Shown piece after piece: positions 28,115-37,773 of a DNA stretch of 64,000 nt. The DNA comes from Halioglobus sp. GTDB taxonomy: Bacteria; Bacteroidota; Bacteroidia; Chitinophagales; Saprospiraceae. The stretch is taken from positions 5,031-69,030 of the forward strand of contig JBLHWH010000003.1 of assembly GCA_047628935.1 (NCBI GenBank), in the 5' to 3' direction. The notes beneath the pieces were generated by a model. It did not search any database. It saw only the letters and a program-made list of their open reading frames with translations, and had not been told where the DNA came from. Position 1 is the first letter of the stretch, and every line of letters begins with the position of its first letter. The translations under genes were made by a program, and so were the position numbers.

Positions 28115-29012
28115 ACTTGGAGTCATTGACCTTGGCTCTAATACCTTTCATATATTAATAGTGAGGAGGAACATAGATGGAAGTCTTGTAACTTTGCATA
28201 AAGAAAGAGCTTTTGTAAACCTTGCGGAGAATGGGATAGAACAGCTAAGTGAAGAAGCTATGGATAGAGGGATAGCTGCCTTAGTAAAGTTTAGTGAAAG
28301 TCTAAAAAAATACGATGTTAGCCGATTTTCAGTAATAGGAACATCAGCATTGCGATCTGCAAGTAATAGTTTGATTTTTTGTCAACGAATAAAAAATCAA
28401 TTAGGGATAGATATAGATATCATCGACGGTGATCGAGAAGCTGAATTAATATATAAAGGGGTAAGAGAATTGATGAAATTAGATGATGGTCCTCAAATCA
28501 TCATGGATGTCGGTGGTGGAAGTGTAGAATTTGTTTTAGTAGAGAATGATCTACTAACATGGTCTGCTTCATACAACCTAGGTGTCGGTGTGTTGCACAA
28601 TCTTATAAATATAACCGACCCGCGAACAAAAGAAGATATCAATACAATCAGTCAATTCATAGACAAAGAGCTGAAATCACTTAAGGCCATTGTCTCAGAA
28701 AAATCAATAGATGCCATTATCGGTGCTTCGGGTTCTTTTGAAGTCGTACAAATTATGAACGGAGAAGAGGTCTCATCGAATAGCATGACAGAGATATCAT
28801 TGGCTGATTATCACTATATATCTCAAAGAATTATTTCTTCTACGGTTGCAGAGAGAATGAATATGAAAGGATTACCCGAGTCAAGAGTAAAATTGATAGT
28901 GGTCGCTATGATATTAATAGACAAAGCGATAGAGATTATTAAACCAAAAAGACTTCTCGTGTCTCCGTTTGCGTTAAAAGAAGGTGTACTGAGTGAACTG
29001 ACTAGCTCTTGA
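28104..29012 (+). CDS. Ppx/GppA family phosphatase (exopolyphosphatase-like)
   Basis: 302 aa with the ASKHA-fold motifs GVIDLGSNTFHILI and IMDVGGGSVEF. Confidence 0.85.
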   Translation: MGSKLGVIDLGSNTFHILIVRRNIDGSLVTLHKERAFVNLAENGIEQLSEEAMDRGIAALVKFSESLKKYDVSRFSVIGTSALRSASNSLIFCQRIKNQLGIDIDIIDGDREAELIYKGVRELMKLDDGPQIIMDVGGGSVEFVLVENDLLTWSASYNLGVGVLHNLINITDPRTKEDINTISQFIDKELKSLKAIVSEKSIDAIIGASGSFEVVQIMNGEEVSSNSMTEISLADYHYISQRIISSTVAERMNMKGLPESRVKLIVVAMILIDKAIEIIKPKRLLVSPFALKEGVLSELTSS

Positions 29013-29044
29013 TTGGTTATTAAATGTTTAGATCAACTTTTTTT

Positions 29045-29494
29045 ATGAAGATATTAATGGTGTGTTTGGGAAATATTTGTCGCTCTCCATTGGCAGAAGG
29101 AATCTTAAGGTCAAAAATAGAAAGAGCAAACCTAGACTGGTCAGTAGATTCTGCGGGTACTAGTAGTTGGCACATTGGAGCACAACCTCACAAAGGATCG
29201 ATATCAATCGCAGATGAAAATGGAATAAATATTACCAATCAAAGAGGAAGACAGTTTTCTGTTCGAGATTTTGATGCATTTGATCTTATATTAGCGATGG
29301 ATTCGGAAAACTATCAGAATATAGTACAGCTAGCAAAAGATAATTCACAAGAAGATAAGGTGAAACTAATGCTAAACTATGCACACCCTGGCTCAAATAT
29401 GGCAGTGCCTGATCCATACTATACAGGTGATTTTCAAGAAGTGTATGATCTATTAGATCTGGCTTGTGCAAACTTGATAGCTGAGATAGGTTAG
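29045..29494 (+). CDS. low-molecular-weight protein-tyrosine phosphatase
   Basis: MKILMVCLGNICRSPLAEG (the CX5R(S/T) P-loop) and the DPYY motif. Confidence 0.9.
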   Translation: MKILMVCLGNICRSPLAEGILRSKIERANLDWSVDSAGTSSWHIGAQPHKGSISIADENGINITNQRGRQFSVRDFDAFDLILAMDSENYQNIVQLAKDNSQEDKVKLMLNYAHPGSNMAVPDPYYTGDFQEVYDLLDLACANLIAEIG

Positions 29495-29544
29495 CCAAAT
29501 TAGAAAAATCAAAATATTAAAATAAATAAACACGTTTCTGCTAT

Positions 29545-30060
29545 ATGCAATGGATTAATTTTTTTATCATAATTCTATTTTCACTCCCTTTGAATCATTC
29601 AATGGAGAAAGTTGATGTGTATCTGAATGATGCATACAATTCTAGAATGTTGAAGAAAGTTAATAGAGTGAGAAGTACAGGATGTTTTTGCGGTAGAAAA
29701 TATATGCCAGCTACCACTCCTCTAACGTGGAATGATACACTATTCAAATCCGCTCTAGGTCATGCTAAGGAGATGACTCGGTACAATTTTTTTGCACATT
29801 TTTCAATTGATGGAGATGATATAGGAGATAGATTGGAGTCGTATGGTTATGACTGGCGGGTTGCAGGAGAAAATCTTGGTGAAGGCCAAAGATCATTTGA
29901 CGAAGTACTTCAAGATTGGCTGGATAGTAAGAGCCACTGCAAAATGCTCATGAATCCCAAAGTAAATGAAATGGCAGTAGCCACTCACGGTAGATTTTGG
30001 GTGCAGCATTTTGGAAAGAAGATGCCACCTAATACTGTGCGGAAAGGAAGGATAGAGTAG
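29545..30060 (+). CDS. CAP/SCP/PR-1 (YkwD-like) domain secreted protein
   Basis: 171 aa with a signal peptide. Motifs include ...HAKEMTRYNFFAHFS..., GENLGEGQ and W..S..HCKMLMNPK. Confidence 0.75.
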   Translation: MQWINFFIIILFSLPLNHSMEKVDVYLNDAYNSRMLKKVNRVRSTGCFCGRKYMPATTPLTWNDTLFKSALGHAKEMTRYNFFAHFSIDGDDIGDRLESYGYDWRVAGENLGEGQRSFDEVLQDWLDSKSHCKMLMNPKVNEMAVATHGRFWVQHFGKKMPPNTVRKGRIE

Positions 30061-30280
30061 TTAGTTCACGCAATCTTTAGTAGCATATCATCTAGTAGCA
30101 TATCTAAAAAAGCATTTATATCAGATGATTTGATTTGCAATAGGCTAAATTCGAACATACTGGATTTCAAACCCTTAATATTTATTATCTATTATAATCT
30201 GACCATTCCCTGGTCAATTGTGGGATGTACTGATTAACATAAAAGAAAAAGCCACAACGTAGTCCAACTAAGCTAGTAGT

Positions 30281-30335
30281 GAGATAAACACTAGATAAAC
30301 ACTAGATAAACACTAGATAAACACTAGGTAACAAC
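30281..30335 (+). repeat. 11-bp tandem repeat, 4 perfect copies plus 1 degenerate copy
   Basis: agataaacact x4 (30281-30324) is followed by aggtaacaact, which runs into the hairpin aacaactt-aagcg-aagttgtt. Confidence 0.85.
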
Positions 30336-30383
30336 TTAAGCGAAGTTGTTATCTTTCTGATGGATTGCAAAACAAGTAGATTC

Positions 30384-30422
30384 AAAACAAAAAAGAGGAT
30401 ACTCGCAATACGAATATCCTCT
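30384..30422 (-). terminator. rho-independent terminator of the HU gene
   Basis: The stem agaggata/tatcctct (30394-30401 / 30415-30422) is followed on the minus strand by a T-rich run (ttttttgtttt). Confidence 0.6.
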
Positions 30423-30462
30423 CAATAAAATTTCTGTTGGACAAATTCCAATCAAGTGGTTC

Positions 30463-30735
30463 TTAGTTTACAGACTCACTTAACGCTTTACCAGCTTTGA
30501 ATTTCACCATTGTTTTTTCAGCTATCTTGATAGTAGCTCCAGTAAGAGGGTTTCTTCCGTCTCTTGCAGCTCTTAAAGATGTAGAGAATGTACCGAAGCC
30601 AACGAATGCAGCTTTATCTCCACTCTTCAATGTATTTTCGATTGCACTGAATACTGTTGCTACTGCATCACCTGCTTGAGCTTTAGTGATTCCTGCTCCT
30701 TCTGCTACTGTACTGATTAAATCTCCTTTGTTCAT
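30463..30735 (-). CDS. HU family DNA-binding protein
   Basis: 90 aa: MNKGDLISTVAEGAGITKAQAGDAV...FVGFGTFSTSLRAARDGRNPLTGATIKIAEKTMVKFKAGKAL, a canonical HU. Confidence 0.9.
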   Translation of the reverse strand: MNKGDLISTVAEGAGITKAQAGDAVATVFSAIENTLKSGDKAAFVGFGTFSTSLRAARDGRNPLTGATIKIAEKTMVKFKAGKALSESVN

Positions 30736-30977
30736 ATTAGTATAATATTTAATGAGTTAATTATTAATGACGCAAAAGTAGGATAACTAAGATATATAAA
30801 CAAACTTTATATGTAAAAATAATTGCGGAAAGTCAATAAAAACGGGCATTTAGCTATGTTGTGAATGTTAAATATTACAAAAAATTTTATACTAAGTCAT
30901 TCATTATCATTTTGTTGCAATGATTGACAACATTCCTTATCTTTGGAAAAATATATTTTGATAAAAACACTTTTCTT

Positions 30978-31193
30978 ATGTTGAAGAAAGCCTTATATAC
31001 TGGACTTTTAGCGTTTTTTGCACTCTCTATGAGCACTTCTTTGTCGAGTTGTAAAACGAAAGAAGGATGTGGTTTGGAAGAAAAATACGGCGCGCCCACC
31101 AATAAAGACGGAGGACTATCCACTAAAAGAGGAAAATCAAACCTGTTTTCCAAGAAGAAAAGAAAGAAGATGAAGAAACGTGGGCAAGGGTAA
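30978..31193 (+). CDS. small lipoprotein with a Lys/Arg-rich tail (hypothetical)
   Basis: ATG 30978 gives MLKKALYTGLLAFFALSMSTSLSSC (lipobox). The tail reads ...KRGKSNLFSKKKRKKMKKRGQG. Confidence 0.45.
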   Translation: MLKKALYTGLLAFFALSMSTSLSSCKTKEGCGLEEKYGAPTNKDGGLSTKRGKSNLFSKKKRKKMKKRGQG

Positions 31194-31244
31194 TATTGCC
31201 GTTTTTGCATTAATTCTTTAACAAATTAGCATGTTGAGTTGAAC

Positions 31245-31558
31245 GTCTTAGCCCTCGTAGCGGCACATCTATCGCAGCGAGACTCTCATATTAAATAATA
31301 CTTCGACCCCGCTGCGTTAAAGCTTTTTGGTTTGAATCCAATTTGTATTTTAAGGAAAAATCGAGCCATGATGGTGTTCTCCTTGAGAGGATTAAGGAGG
31401 AGGGAGTTGTCCTTAATATTGGCTTTTACTGCAAAATAGATATTAAGTAAGGAACTCGCTCTAGACTCGCAGGGGTATTTTTGCAGCTGCTATTTCGCCC
31501 CTCAAACATGAATATCCAAAAAAAAAACACTGAGCTGAAAGTCTTCGACCTCGCAGCG
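31245..31558. repeat. cluster of GC-rich ~16-nt motif copies in a non-coding island
   Basis: Motif copies are gtcttagccctcgtagcg (31245-31262), cttcgaccccgctgcg (31301-31316), ctagactcgcagggg (31461-31475) and gtcttcgacctcgcagcg (31541-31558). An inverted-looking copy atcgcagcgagactc lies at 31271-31285. Confidence 0.5.
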
Positions 31559-31598
31559 ACTGAGCGATCATATCTCACAACAGAGTATTCCCCAAACC

Positions 31599-31634
31599 AT
31601 AAAAAAAACCGAACTTCTTTTCAGAAGCGCGGTT
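31599..31634 (-). terminator. rho-independent terminator after the giant adhesin gene
   Basis: The minus strand reads aaccgcgcttct-gaaa-agaagttcggtt followed by tttttttt (10 of 12 stem positions paired), 26 nt after the stop at 31660. Confidence 0.7.
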
Positions 31635-31659
31635 GTAAAACTGTTTTGAATCTTTCGAT

Positions 31660-34600
31660 CTACCTTACTACAATGAACTTACCTTTCTTTTCATATTCTC
31701 CGATCGTGATCTTATAATAATACATCCCTTGACTTAAGTTTTGGACATTTACTATATCACTAGTTTGATTTATGATCAACTGGCCTTGTGTATTAAGTAT
31801 AGATATATTAAGGTCTCCTTTTACGGATACATCACTTTGATCTATTCTTAAGTAGTCTGTTGTAGGATTAGGGAATACGCTTAGAGAAGCCAATTCTGGA
31901 CTATTTGTATCTGTGATTACATTTTCGATTTCACCACCTACTACATATAAGTCTAGATTCTCATCTACAGCATACGACTTTCTGTTTGTAACTTTGATAG
32001 CGTCATGTAAGAGGATATTAGCTTCGGCTGTACATTGAATATAGACTACCGCATTATTAGCATCCATAGATGGATCTTGTGCATTTAAGAAATCATTTAC
32101 TATTATCACTAATTCACCATCTGGTGATATGAAGTAATCTTCCATTTCGAATTCCAAATTATTCTCAATTCCTTTGATTTTTAATAGAGTAGTATCAATA
32201 CCTAATCTTATTTCCATTCCAAAAAGTAGATCTTGGTCTTCCAAGGTTACTGGGATCAGGTATGTTTCGCCATCATTCAGAACCTTGTCTTCGATTGTTA
32301 ATTTTGAAGTAATAGGAAGCTCATCATCACCAGGAAGTAAAGCACTGTCATCGATATCTCCTTTTTTATAAGCTATATATGATGCTTTTGGCTGTAATTG
32401 ACTGACGTTGCCGATTTGAGTATCAACAAATTTCCATTCGATTTCATCTGTCACGCCTAAAATTCTTTTCCTTAGTTTCAAAATATCTGATGCTTTGATA
32501 CTACCATCTGAATTTACATCTGCAGCTTCTGTCAATCGTTCATCAAAGAATTCTAATCCAAGAATATGTCTCTGTATCAATATTAGATCTCTTACATTCA
32601 CACCATTGAGCACTTCATCCTCAAAATCAATTGTAATAATGTCACCAAGGACTTGAGCTTCACCTTCCATGTTAGTCGAAGTTGAGTTGTTGAATAGGAC
32701 TCCAGGAACTGCACGGTCGGTAGCTGTATTCACAGATACCAAGTTTTCAAAGCCTGAAAAATCTACTACAATCGTCTGGCTATAATGCCATGTAAGGTCA
32801 TATGTACTATTCACAGCTTTCCATACTCTAGCTACTGTCAATGTCGACTGTGTAAGCTCTACTAAAAGATCAACGTATGTAGCTGTGTAGTCATCAGGAG
32901 TATTGAAGAATATAGGCCTAGCATCTTCTTCTGGCACATTAGAAAATTCTATCAATCCAACAGGAGTGATCCTATAATCAGCTACTGAAAGATCAGATGG
33001 CCATTCTACATCGTCCTCTAAAGTATGACCTGTGTCACAATCTCCCGCTGGAGCACTATTCGGTAGTACATCACATATTAGATCGTATGGGTTAATTCCT
33101 ACATTGATTGTTTGCACATGTGTGTAGATACCTTCTGTTGATGGAGGGTCGTACGTATACCAATCGATAACAGTGAATGTTCTTACAATCTTATAATTTC
33201 CATCTGTATAATTGAATACGTCATCTTCATAAGTATTGCCAATTAACGTGCAAGGTGCAACAGGATGTATAGATACATCCACATCAGATTGTTCAAATCC
33301 GTAATTTGCTACAAGATTTTCTGGCGAGTATTGATTCGCATCTATGTTAGAATTGGATAAATAGATGACATCAAGAGGAAATGTAACATCTGTATCAATG
33401 TTCATCGGGCAACCACCTTGAGAGTCGGATACATTGATGGTTCCCGAACAAGTGTTTCCAGATAAAGTGTCAGTGACAGTATATGTTAGTGTCTGTCCGA
33501 TGTGATTTTGAGTTATTATGTTATCAGGAATACTGTTTCCATTCTCATCTTGAATACTCAACGTAATAGTTGCAAAATTGTAATTTCCTCCTTCTAGTAG
33601 ATCTTCAGGAAACAGTTGCGCGCTCCCATTTACTAAATTAACATTTACTAAATCATTACAAGCGAGAACATTACTAGTAGAAGTAAATAGCTTAATAACT
33701 TGAACCTTCGTTATTACAGAATTAGTAAGCCAATCTAAAGCTGTAAATGTCCTTAATACTTTATAGCCATTAACAGTATTGAGTATAAGATCTTCATAAG
33801 CATAAGCTATATCCTCACACTGAGATACTGTATATGGATGTACTTGTGCATATGTATAATTATAGATTGATTGTAAGTTTTCGACGGAGAGATTTTCTAA
33901 CTCGCCACTTGCATCGGTTATGTTAATATCTGCAGGGAAGATGATATAATTTAATGTACATCCATTACCATTATTGTTATCTACGACAGTGACTATTAGA
34001 AGACCTTGGTTAGTGTTACCACTTTCATCAGTTACTGTAAGTATTACTTGATTTTCCCCTAGGTGAGCTGTTGTGAAGAGTGTCTGACTTAAAGATAGCG
34101 AAACAACTCCACAATTATCATAACTTCCATCATCTGCCATTGCTGGAGTCAATGTAGCTTGACCGTTTACTAACTCCAATATTACGCCTTGATCAACTAC
34201 AGCAATAGGAGGAGTATTGTCTAATAATGTCAAATTAACTGTACAAGAAGATAACACACCATCATTTAATCCCAAAACATAAATGTCAAAAGGAGAACTA
34301 AGGTCATATTGAGTGCAATCGAAATTTATAAACTCTGTATATGGACCATTAGGATTGGTTGACATTGTGAATGAATCAAATTCATCAGAATTTATAACAA
34401 AGTCAATCGCCCATAAGGTAGTAGGACCAAACGGGTCAGTAAGAACAGTAACAATACCAATGCATTCTAAAGGGATCCCATCTCCTTGTTCTACAATTAG
34501 GGTAGACATCGCAAAATCAGAATTGCCCGACTCATCATATACTCTTAATTTCACTGAATACGTACCGGGAGCGTAAAATGTGTTCGGAGAAACAATCATT

Positions 34601-36273
34601 GATACATCTCCTCCGCAATTGTCAAAACTGCCGAGATCGATGTCACCTGGCTCAAGTACAAAAGGTTCTGCTCCATTCATCGAAGCAGAAATGACACTTT
34701 GTGCATATGCAATAGGTGTTTCTTTGTCAAGTACAGTTAGGTTGCCCCAACAGTAATTGCCAGTTGGTTCATCTCTGAAAGCCAACGTTAGAGTTTGTCC
34801 TACGTGAGAACAATCAAGCATGATCTCATCATAGAATTCCGTTGCTACATTTGGTGATTCTCCAATCCCGACGGTAATGTTGTCATACATATAACTTCCA
34901 TGACCAAAATTAAGGTAGTCAATCACTTTTGTACCATCATCATCTAAGGTAATTGTCGTTGTACTATAGCAAGCTGGAGTATAGTTAGAAAATACTGTCA
35001 CTAGAAAATCCTTTACCGTTACAAGTCCTGCATCATCCGTAACAGTGTATGTAACGTTGTATGTGCCAGCAGAAGTAAAAATACTTTGAGACAATATTTT
35101 AGATTCGATGTTGCAGTTTTCAAATGTGAACTTGTCTAATTTTTCTGTAGTTAATACTGCCTCTGAAGAAGCATCAAGAGCAAGATGAACCTCATAGGGT
35201 ATAGTTAAGATAGGAGCAAGTTTATCTTCTATGTTAACATTTGCCCAACATTGATTTCCATTAGCATCTTGTATTGTGATCTGATTATCGATATTCTGAT
35301 TGTTGCATGTCAATACAACCTTTTGGGAAAATAGGCCCCCGTTTACAGAGAGAGTATAGTTTCCATTTGCATAAATTTGCCCCTCTAATATCATATCAGG
35401 AGTAATTTCAGCTTTCCCTTCATTGTCTAATGATACGTTAACATCATTATTACATACTATTGAATTTACTGAGGTGACAATAACAGAAATAGTTCCTTCA
35501 GTTGTATTACCTGAAGCGTCAGATAAAATGCATGCTACATCGTAATTGCCTATTGCATTGAATTGTGATTGTGAAAATGTAGCCGAAATTACATCACATT
35601 CATCAAAAATATGGTTGGATAACATATCTAAAGTTAATTCTACGCTACTTTCACCATATAAGGCAAGATGTATTGGAAATGTGTTTATTAAGGTTGGTGC
35701 GAGTTTATCTTCAACGGTGATAAAACCAGTACATACTTCTACATTACCGTTACTATCTTCAGATTTGACATAAAAAGTATTTGTACCTATATCACAACAA
35801 TCAAAAGTGATGAAATCATCGTAGAATACACCATTTCTAGAAGCTTGAAGGCTTCCGTTTTGCGGGTATGTAGATGCTAATGAATCAGCAAATACTTTTA
35901 CGAAAAATGTATTTGTTGAACTACTAGTTATACTTGCTACAACATTTTCCTCACAATTAAGCTGAGTAGTTCCTACATTGATCGTTTGATCACAAAAAAT
36001 ATCAGCGCGATTTACTACATTCCATCTTCTTCTTACAAACCCTTCATTATTTATGTCTAAATTAATAATGATATCAGTGAATTCTACATCTACTGCACCA
36101 GATATATCGAATGCTTCCGCTACACCTGTTATTCCCGTGTCTGTATAGTCTGCATCACTTGATATTGTTATATCTATTGGACATACAATATTTGGGGCTT
36201 GTCCAAATGCTTGTCCGAGCCCTACAATTGTGAACATGCAAACAAACATGATGAGGCGTTGAATTTTTTTCAT
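31660..36273 (-). CDS. giant T9SS-sorted adhesin with HYR/Ig-like DNC-motif repeats and dockerin-like plus cohesin-like modules
   Basis: 1537 aa with a signal peptide. It has repeated units of the form (E)DK.aP...(~25 aa)...FDNC/ENC/DEC...G.Y.V...V.D.SGN. A dockerin-like pair lies at NVRDLILIQRHILG...DVNSDGSIKASDILKLRKRILG. The C-terminus is Por_Secre_tail-like (VFPNPTTDYLRI...GMYYYKITIGEYEKKGKFIVVR). Confidence 0.85.
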   Translation of the reverse strand: MKKIQRLIMFVCMFTIVGLGQAFGQAPNIVCPIDITISSDADYTDTGITGVAEAFDISGAVDVEFTDIIINLDINNEGFVRRRWNVVNRADIFCDQTINVGTTQLNCEENVVASITSSSTNTFFVKVFADSLASTYPQNGSLQASRNGVFYDDFITFDCCDIGTNTFYVKSEDSNGNVEVCTGFITVEDKLAPTLINTFPIHLALYGESSVELTLDMLSNHIFDECDVISATFSQSQFNAIGNYDVACILSDASGNTTEGTISVIVTSVNSIVCNNDVNVSLDNEGKAEITPDMILEGQIYANGNYTLSVNGGLFSQKVVLTCNNQNIDNQITIQDANGNQCWANVNIEDKLAPILTIPYEVHLALDASSEAVLTTEKLDKFTFENCNIESKILSQSIFTSAGTYNVTYTVTDDAGLVTVKDFLVTVFSNYTPACYSTTTITLDDDGTKVIDYLNFGHGSYMYDNITVGIGESPNVATEFYDEIMLDCSHVGQTLTLAFRDEPTGNYCWGNLTVLDKETPIAYAQSVISASMNGAEPFVLEPGDIDLGSFDNCGGDVSMIVSPNTFYAPGTYSVKLRVYDESGNSDFAMSTLIVEQGDGIPLECIGIVTVLTDPFGPTTLWAIDFVINSDEFDSFTMSTNPNGPYTEFINFDCTQYDLSSPFDIYVLGLNDGVLSSCTVNLTLLDNTPPIAVVDQGVILELVNGQATLTPAMADDGSYDNCGVVSLSLSQTLFTTAHLGENQVILTVTDESGNTNQGLLIVTVVDNNNGNGCTLNYIIFPADINITDASGELENLSVENLQSIYNYTYAQVHPYTVSQCEDIAYAYEDLILNTVNGYKVLRTFTALDWLTNSVITKVQVIKLFTSTSNVLACNDLVNVNLVNGSAQLFPEDLLEGGNYNFATITLSIQDENGNSIPDNIITQNHIGQTLTYTVTDTLSGNTCSGTINVSDSQGGCPMNIDTDVTFPLDVIYLSNSNIDANQYSPENLVANYGFEQSDVDVSIHPVAPCTLIGNTYEDDVFNYTDGNYKIVRTFTVIDWYTYDPPSTEGIYTHVQTINVGINPYDLICDVLPNSAPAGDCDTGHTLEDDVEWPSDLSVADYRITPVGLIEFSNVPEEDARPIFFNTPDDYTATYVDLLVELTQSTLTVARVWKAVNSTYDLTWHYSQTIVVDFSGFENLVSVNTATDRAVPGVLFNNSTSTNMEGEAQVLGDIITIDFEDEVLNGVNVRDLILIQRHILGLEFFDERLTEAADVNSDGSIKASDILKLRKRILGVTDEIEWKFVDTQIGNVSQLQPKASYIAYKKGDIDDSALLPGDDELPITSKLTIEDKVLNDGETYLIPVTLEDQDLLFGMEIRLGIDTTLLKIKGIENNLEFEMEDYFISPDGELVIIVNDFLNAQDPSMDANNAVVYIQCTAEANILLHDAIKVTNRKSYAVDENLDLYVVGGEIENVITDTNSPELASLSVFPNPTTDYLRIDQSDVSVKGDLNISILNTQGQLIINQTSDIVNVQNLSQGMYYYKITIGEYEKKGKFIVVR

Positions 36274-36309
36274 AGTTTTAAGTTTTAAAAGATTTTTGAA
36301 TCTCTCCCG

Positions 36310-37734
36310 TTACGGTCTGTATACCACACCAAGTTGTATGCCGTAGTGGGAGTTTTTTATTTGATAATAATTATTAAATATAGTTGTGTTACCTAGTCCA
36401 TGGTTATAGTTTCCTGAGAGACCAATAGAGAGGTCCCCTAAGTCATATTCTATTGATAATCTAGCTCCAAGATCAATTCCTTTGTTTTGGTATGGATGAC
36501 TTTCAGCGTTTGTAAATTTTGTAATGATGGGATTGTCTTTTTCAAAATAGTATCCATTGTGACTAGACCAAATGTTATAGCCCATGAATCCGTCTGTAAC
36601 CATTGATAATCTATCTAAGAGTGTATGTCTTTTACCAAAACCTATTTCTAGGTTTACATAATCATGAACCCTGTGCCAGACGATGTCATTCTTAGTGATA
36701 CTTGTTACTGTGATTTGTCCTAGTGTTTCAATTTCATTACCGAACTCATCTATAGTCTTGGATTCTACTCCAGTTTCTTGATTTGTAGTTACTGTTTCTT
36801 CGAAATTGCTATATCGAGTATTTGTTGTTACATGCGCTAAACCACCAAACCGTCTCCAGCCATTGCTGTTTTCCTGCCCATATTGGATAGAATTTGATAG
36901 TCCGATCAGATTTTGTTCTCTTTCGAATTGAGGATCAATAGTAACCTCTGAATCAGTAAATGAAATTCTATTACTTGAAGTATTGATTCCGGAATTGATT
37001 TGCCAAAATGAACGCCAGTTATTTACTTTAAGCGGTTCTATATTGGGCATAGTTATCGATAAAGCATAGGTATTCTCTATTATTCCTAATGCTATCATTT
37101 TGAGAGCGGAGAGGCATTCTAATTTTGATCTATCTTCTGAAGTTGGTGCAATCTTTTGGATTACTTGTTTTAAGTTATTTTTGATAAGATCTATACGCTC
37201 AGTTTCGTTTTCATTTAGAGTATTTATTGAATTTGTATTTTCTGTGATTGGTTGTAGGATAACAGCAATACCATTCGCTACATTTTCAGTTTTGACGATA
37301 TTACCATTATCCTTTCTATCGTGACTATGCTCATCGTCATAGTTGGTAAAGGATGAATGCGTGTGCTTATTTATCTTAGAATTTTGGTCTAGAGTCTTAT
37401 TTGGAGTATTATTTTGTTCTTCTTTTTGAGTTAATGTTACTTTTTGTTCATTTTCGATTTTGATAGACTCTTGCGTTTGCTGGATGGAAGCGAATTCAAC
37501 TTTTTCATTTGATTCAATTGTATCAAATGAAAAATAACTATATGTGCCACCAAGTAAAGTGAACATAAGAAATGCTCCAGCTGCTATCCACCATATTGGT
37601 CTATTTTTGCGATCGTCAATTGGTGGTAATTGCGGTTCTATATTAGCCCAAAGATCGGCAGTGTCGATTTCAAAAGACATGCCATCTGCAATGCCTTTGA
37701 TTTCTAGTTCTTTATTTGTTAAATCTTCTTTCAT
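36310..37734 (-). CDS. anti-sigma-like single-pass membrane protein with a porin-like beta-barrel C-terminus
   Basis: 474 aa. About 45 N-terminal residues precede a TM segment (NRPIWWIAAGAFLMFTLLGGTYSYF). A low-complexity Gln/Asn/Lys/His linker follows. The C-terminal ~240 aa have an alternating-hydrophobic strand pattern (IDLGARLSIEYDLGDLSIGLSGNY..., YGIQLGVVYRP). It lies immediately downstream of the ECF sigma gene. Confidence 0.65.
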   Translation of the reverse strand: MKEDLTNKELEIKGIADGMSFEIDTADLWANIEPQLPPIDDRKNRPIWWIAAGAFLMFTLLGGTYSYFSFDTIESNEKVEFASIQQTQESIKIENEQKVTLTQKEEQNNTPNKTLDQNSKINKHTHSSFTNYDDEHSHDRKDNGNIVKTENVANGIAVILQPITENTNSINTLNENETERIDLIKNNLKQVIQKIAPTSEDRSKLECLSALKMIALGIIENTYALSITMPNIEPLKVNNWRSFWQINSGINTSSNRISFTDSEVTIDPQFEREQNLIGLSNSIQYGQENSNGWRRFGGLAHVTTNTRYSNFEETVTTNQETGVESKTIDEFGNEIETLGQITVTSITKNDIVWHRVHDYVNLEIGFGKRHTLLDRLSMVTDGFMGYNIWSSHNGYYFEKDNPIITKFTNAESHPYQNKGIDLGARLSIEYDLGDLSIGLSGNYNHGLGNTTIFNNYYQIKNSHYGIQLGVVYRP

Positions 37735-37773
37735 ATTACTATATCTTTCTAGTCATTCGGATTTTTGTAAACC

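Noticed and set aside
30281-30335. Possible CRISPR array
   Set aside because: The units are 11 bp with no spacers between them. This is a simple tandem repeat, and there are no cas genes in the window.
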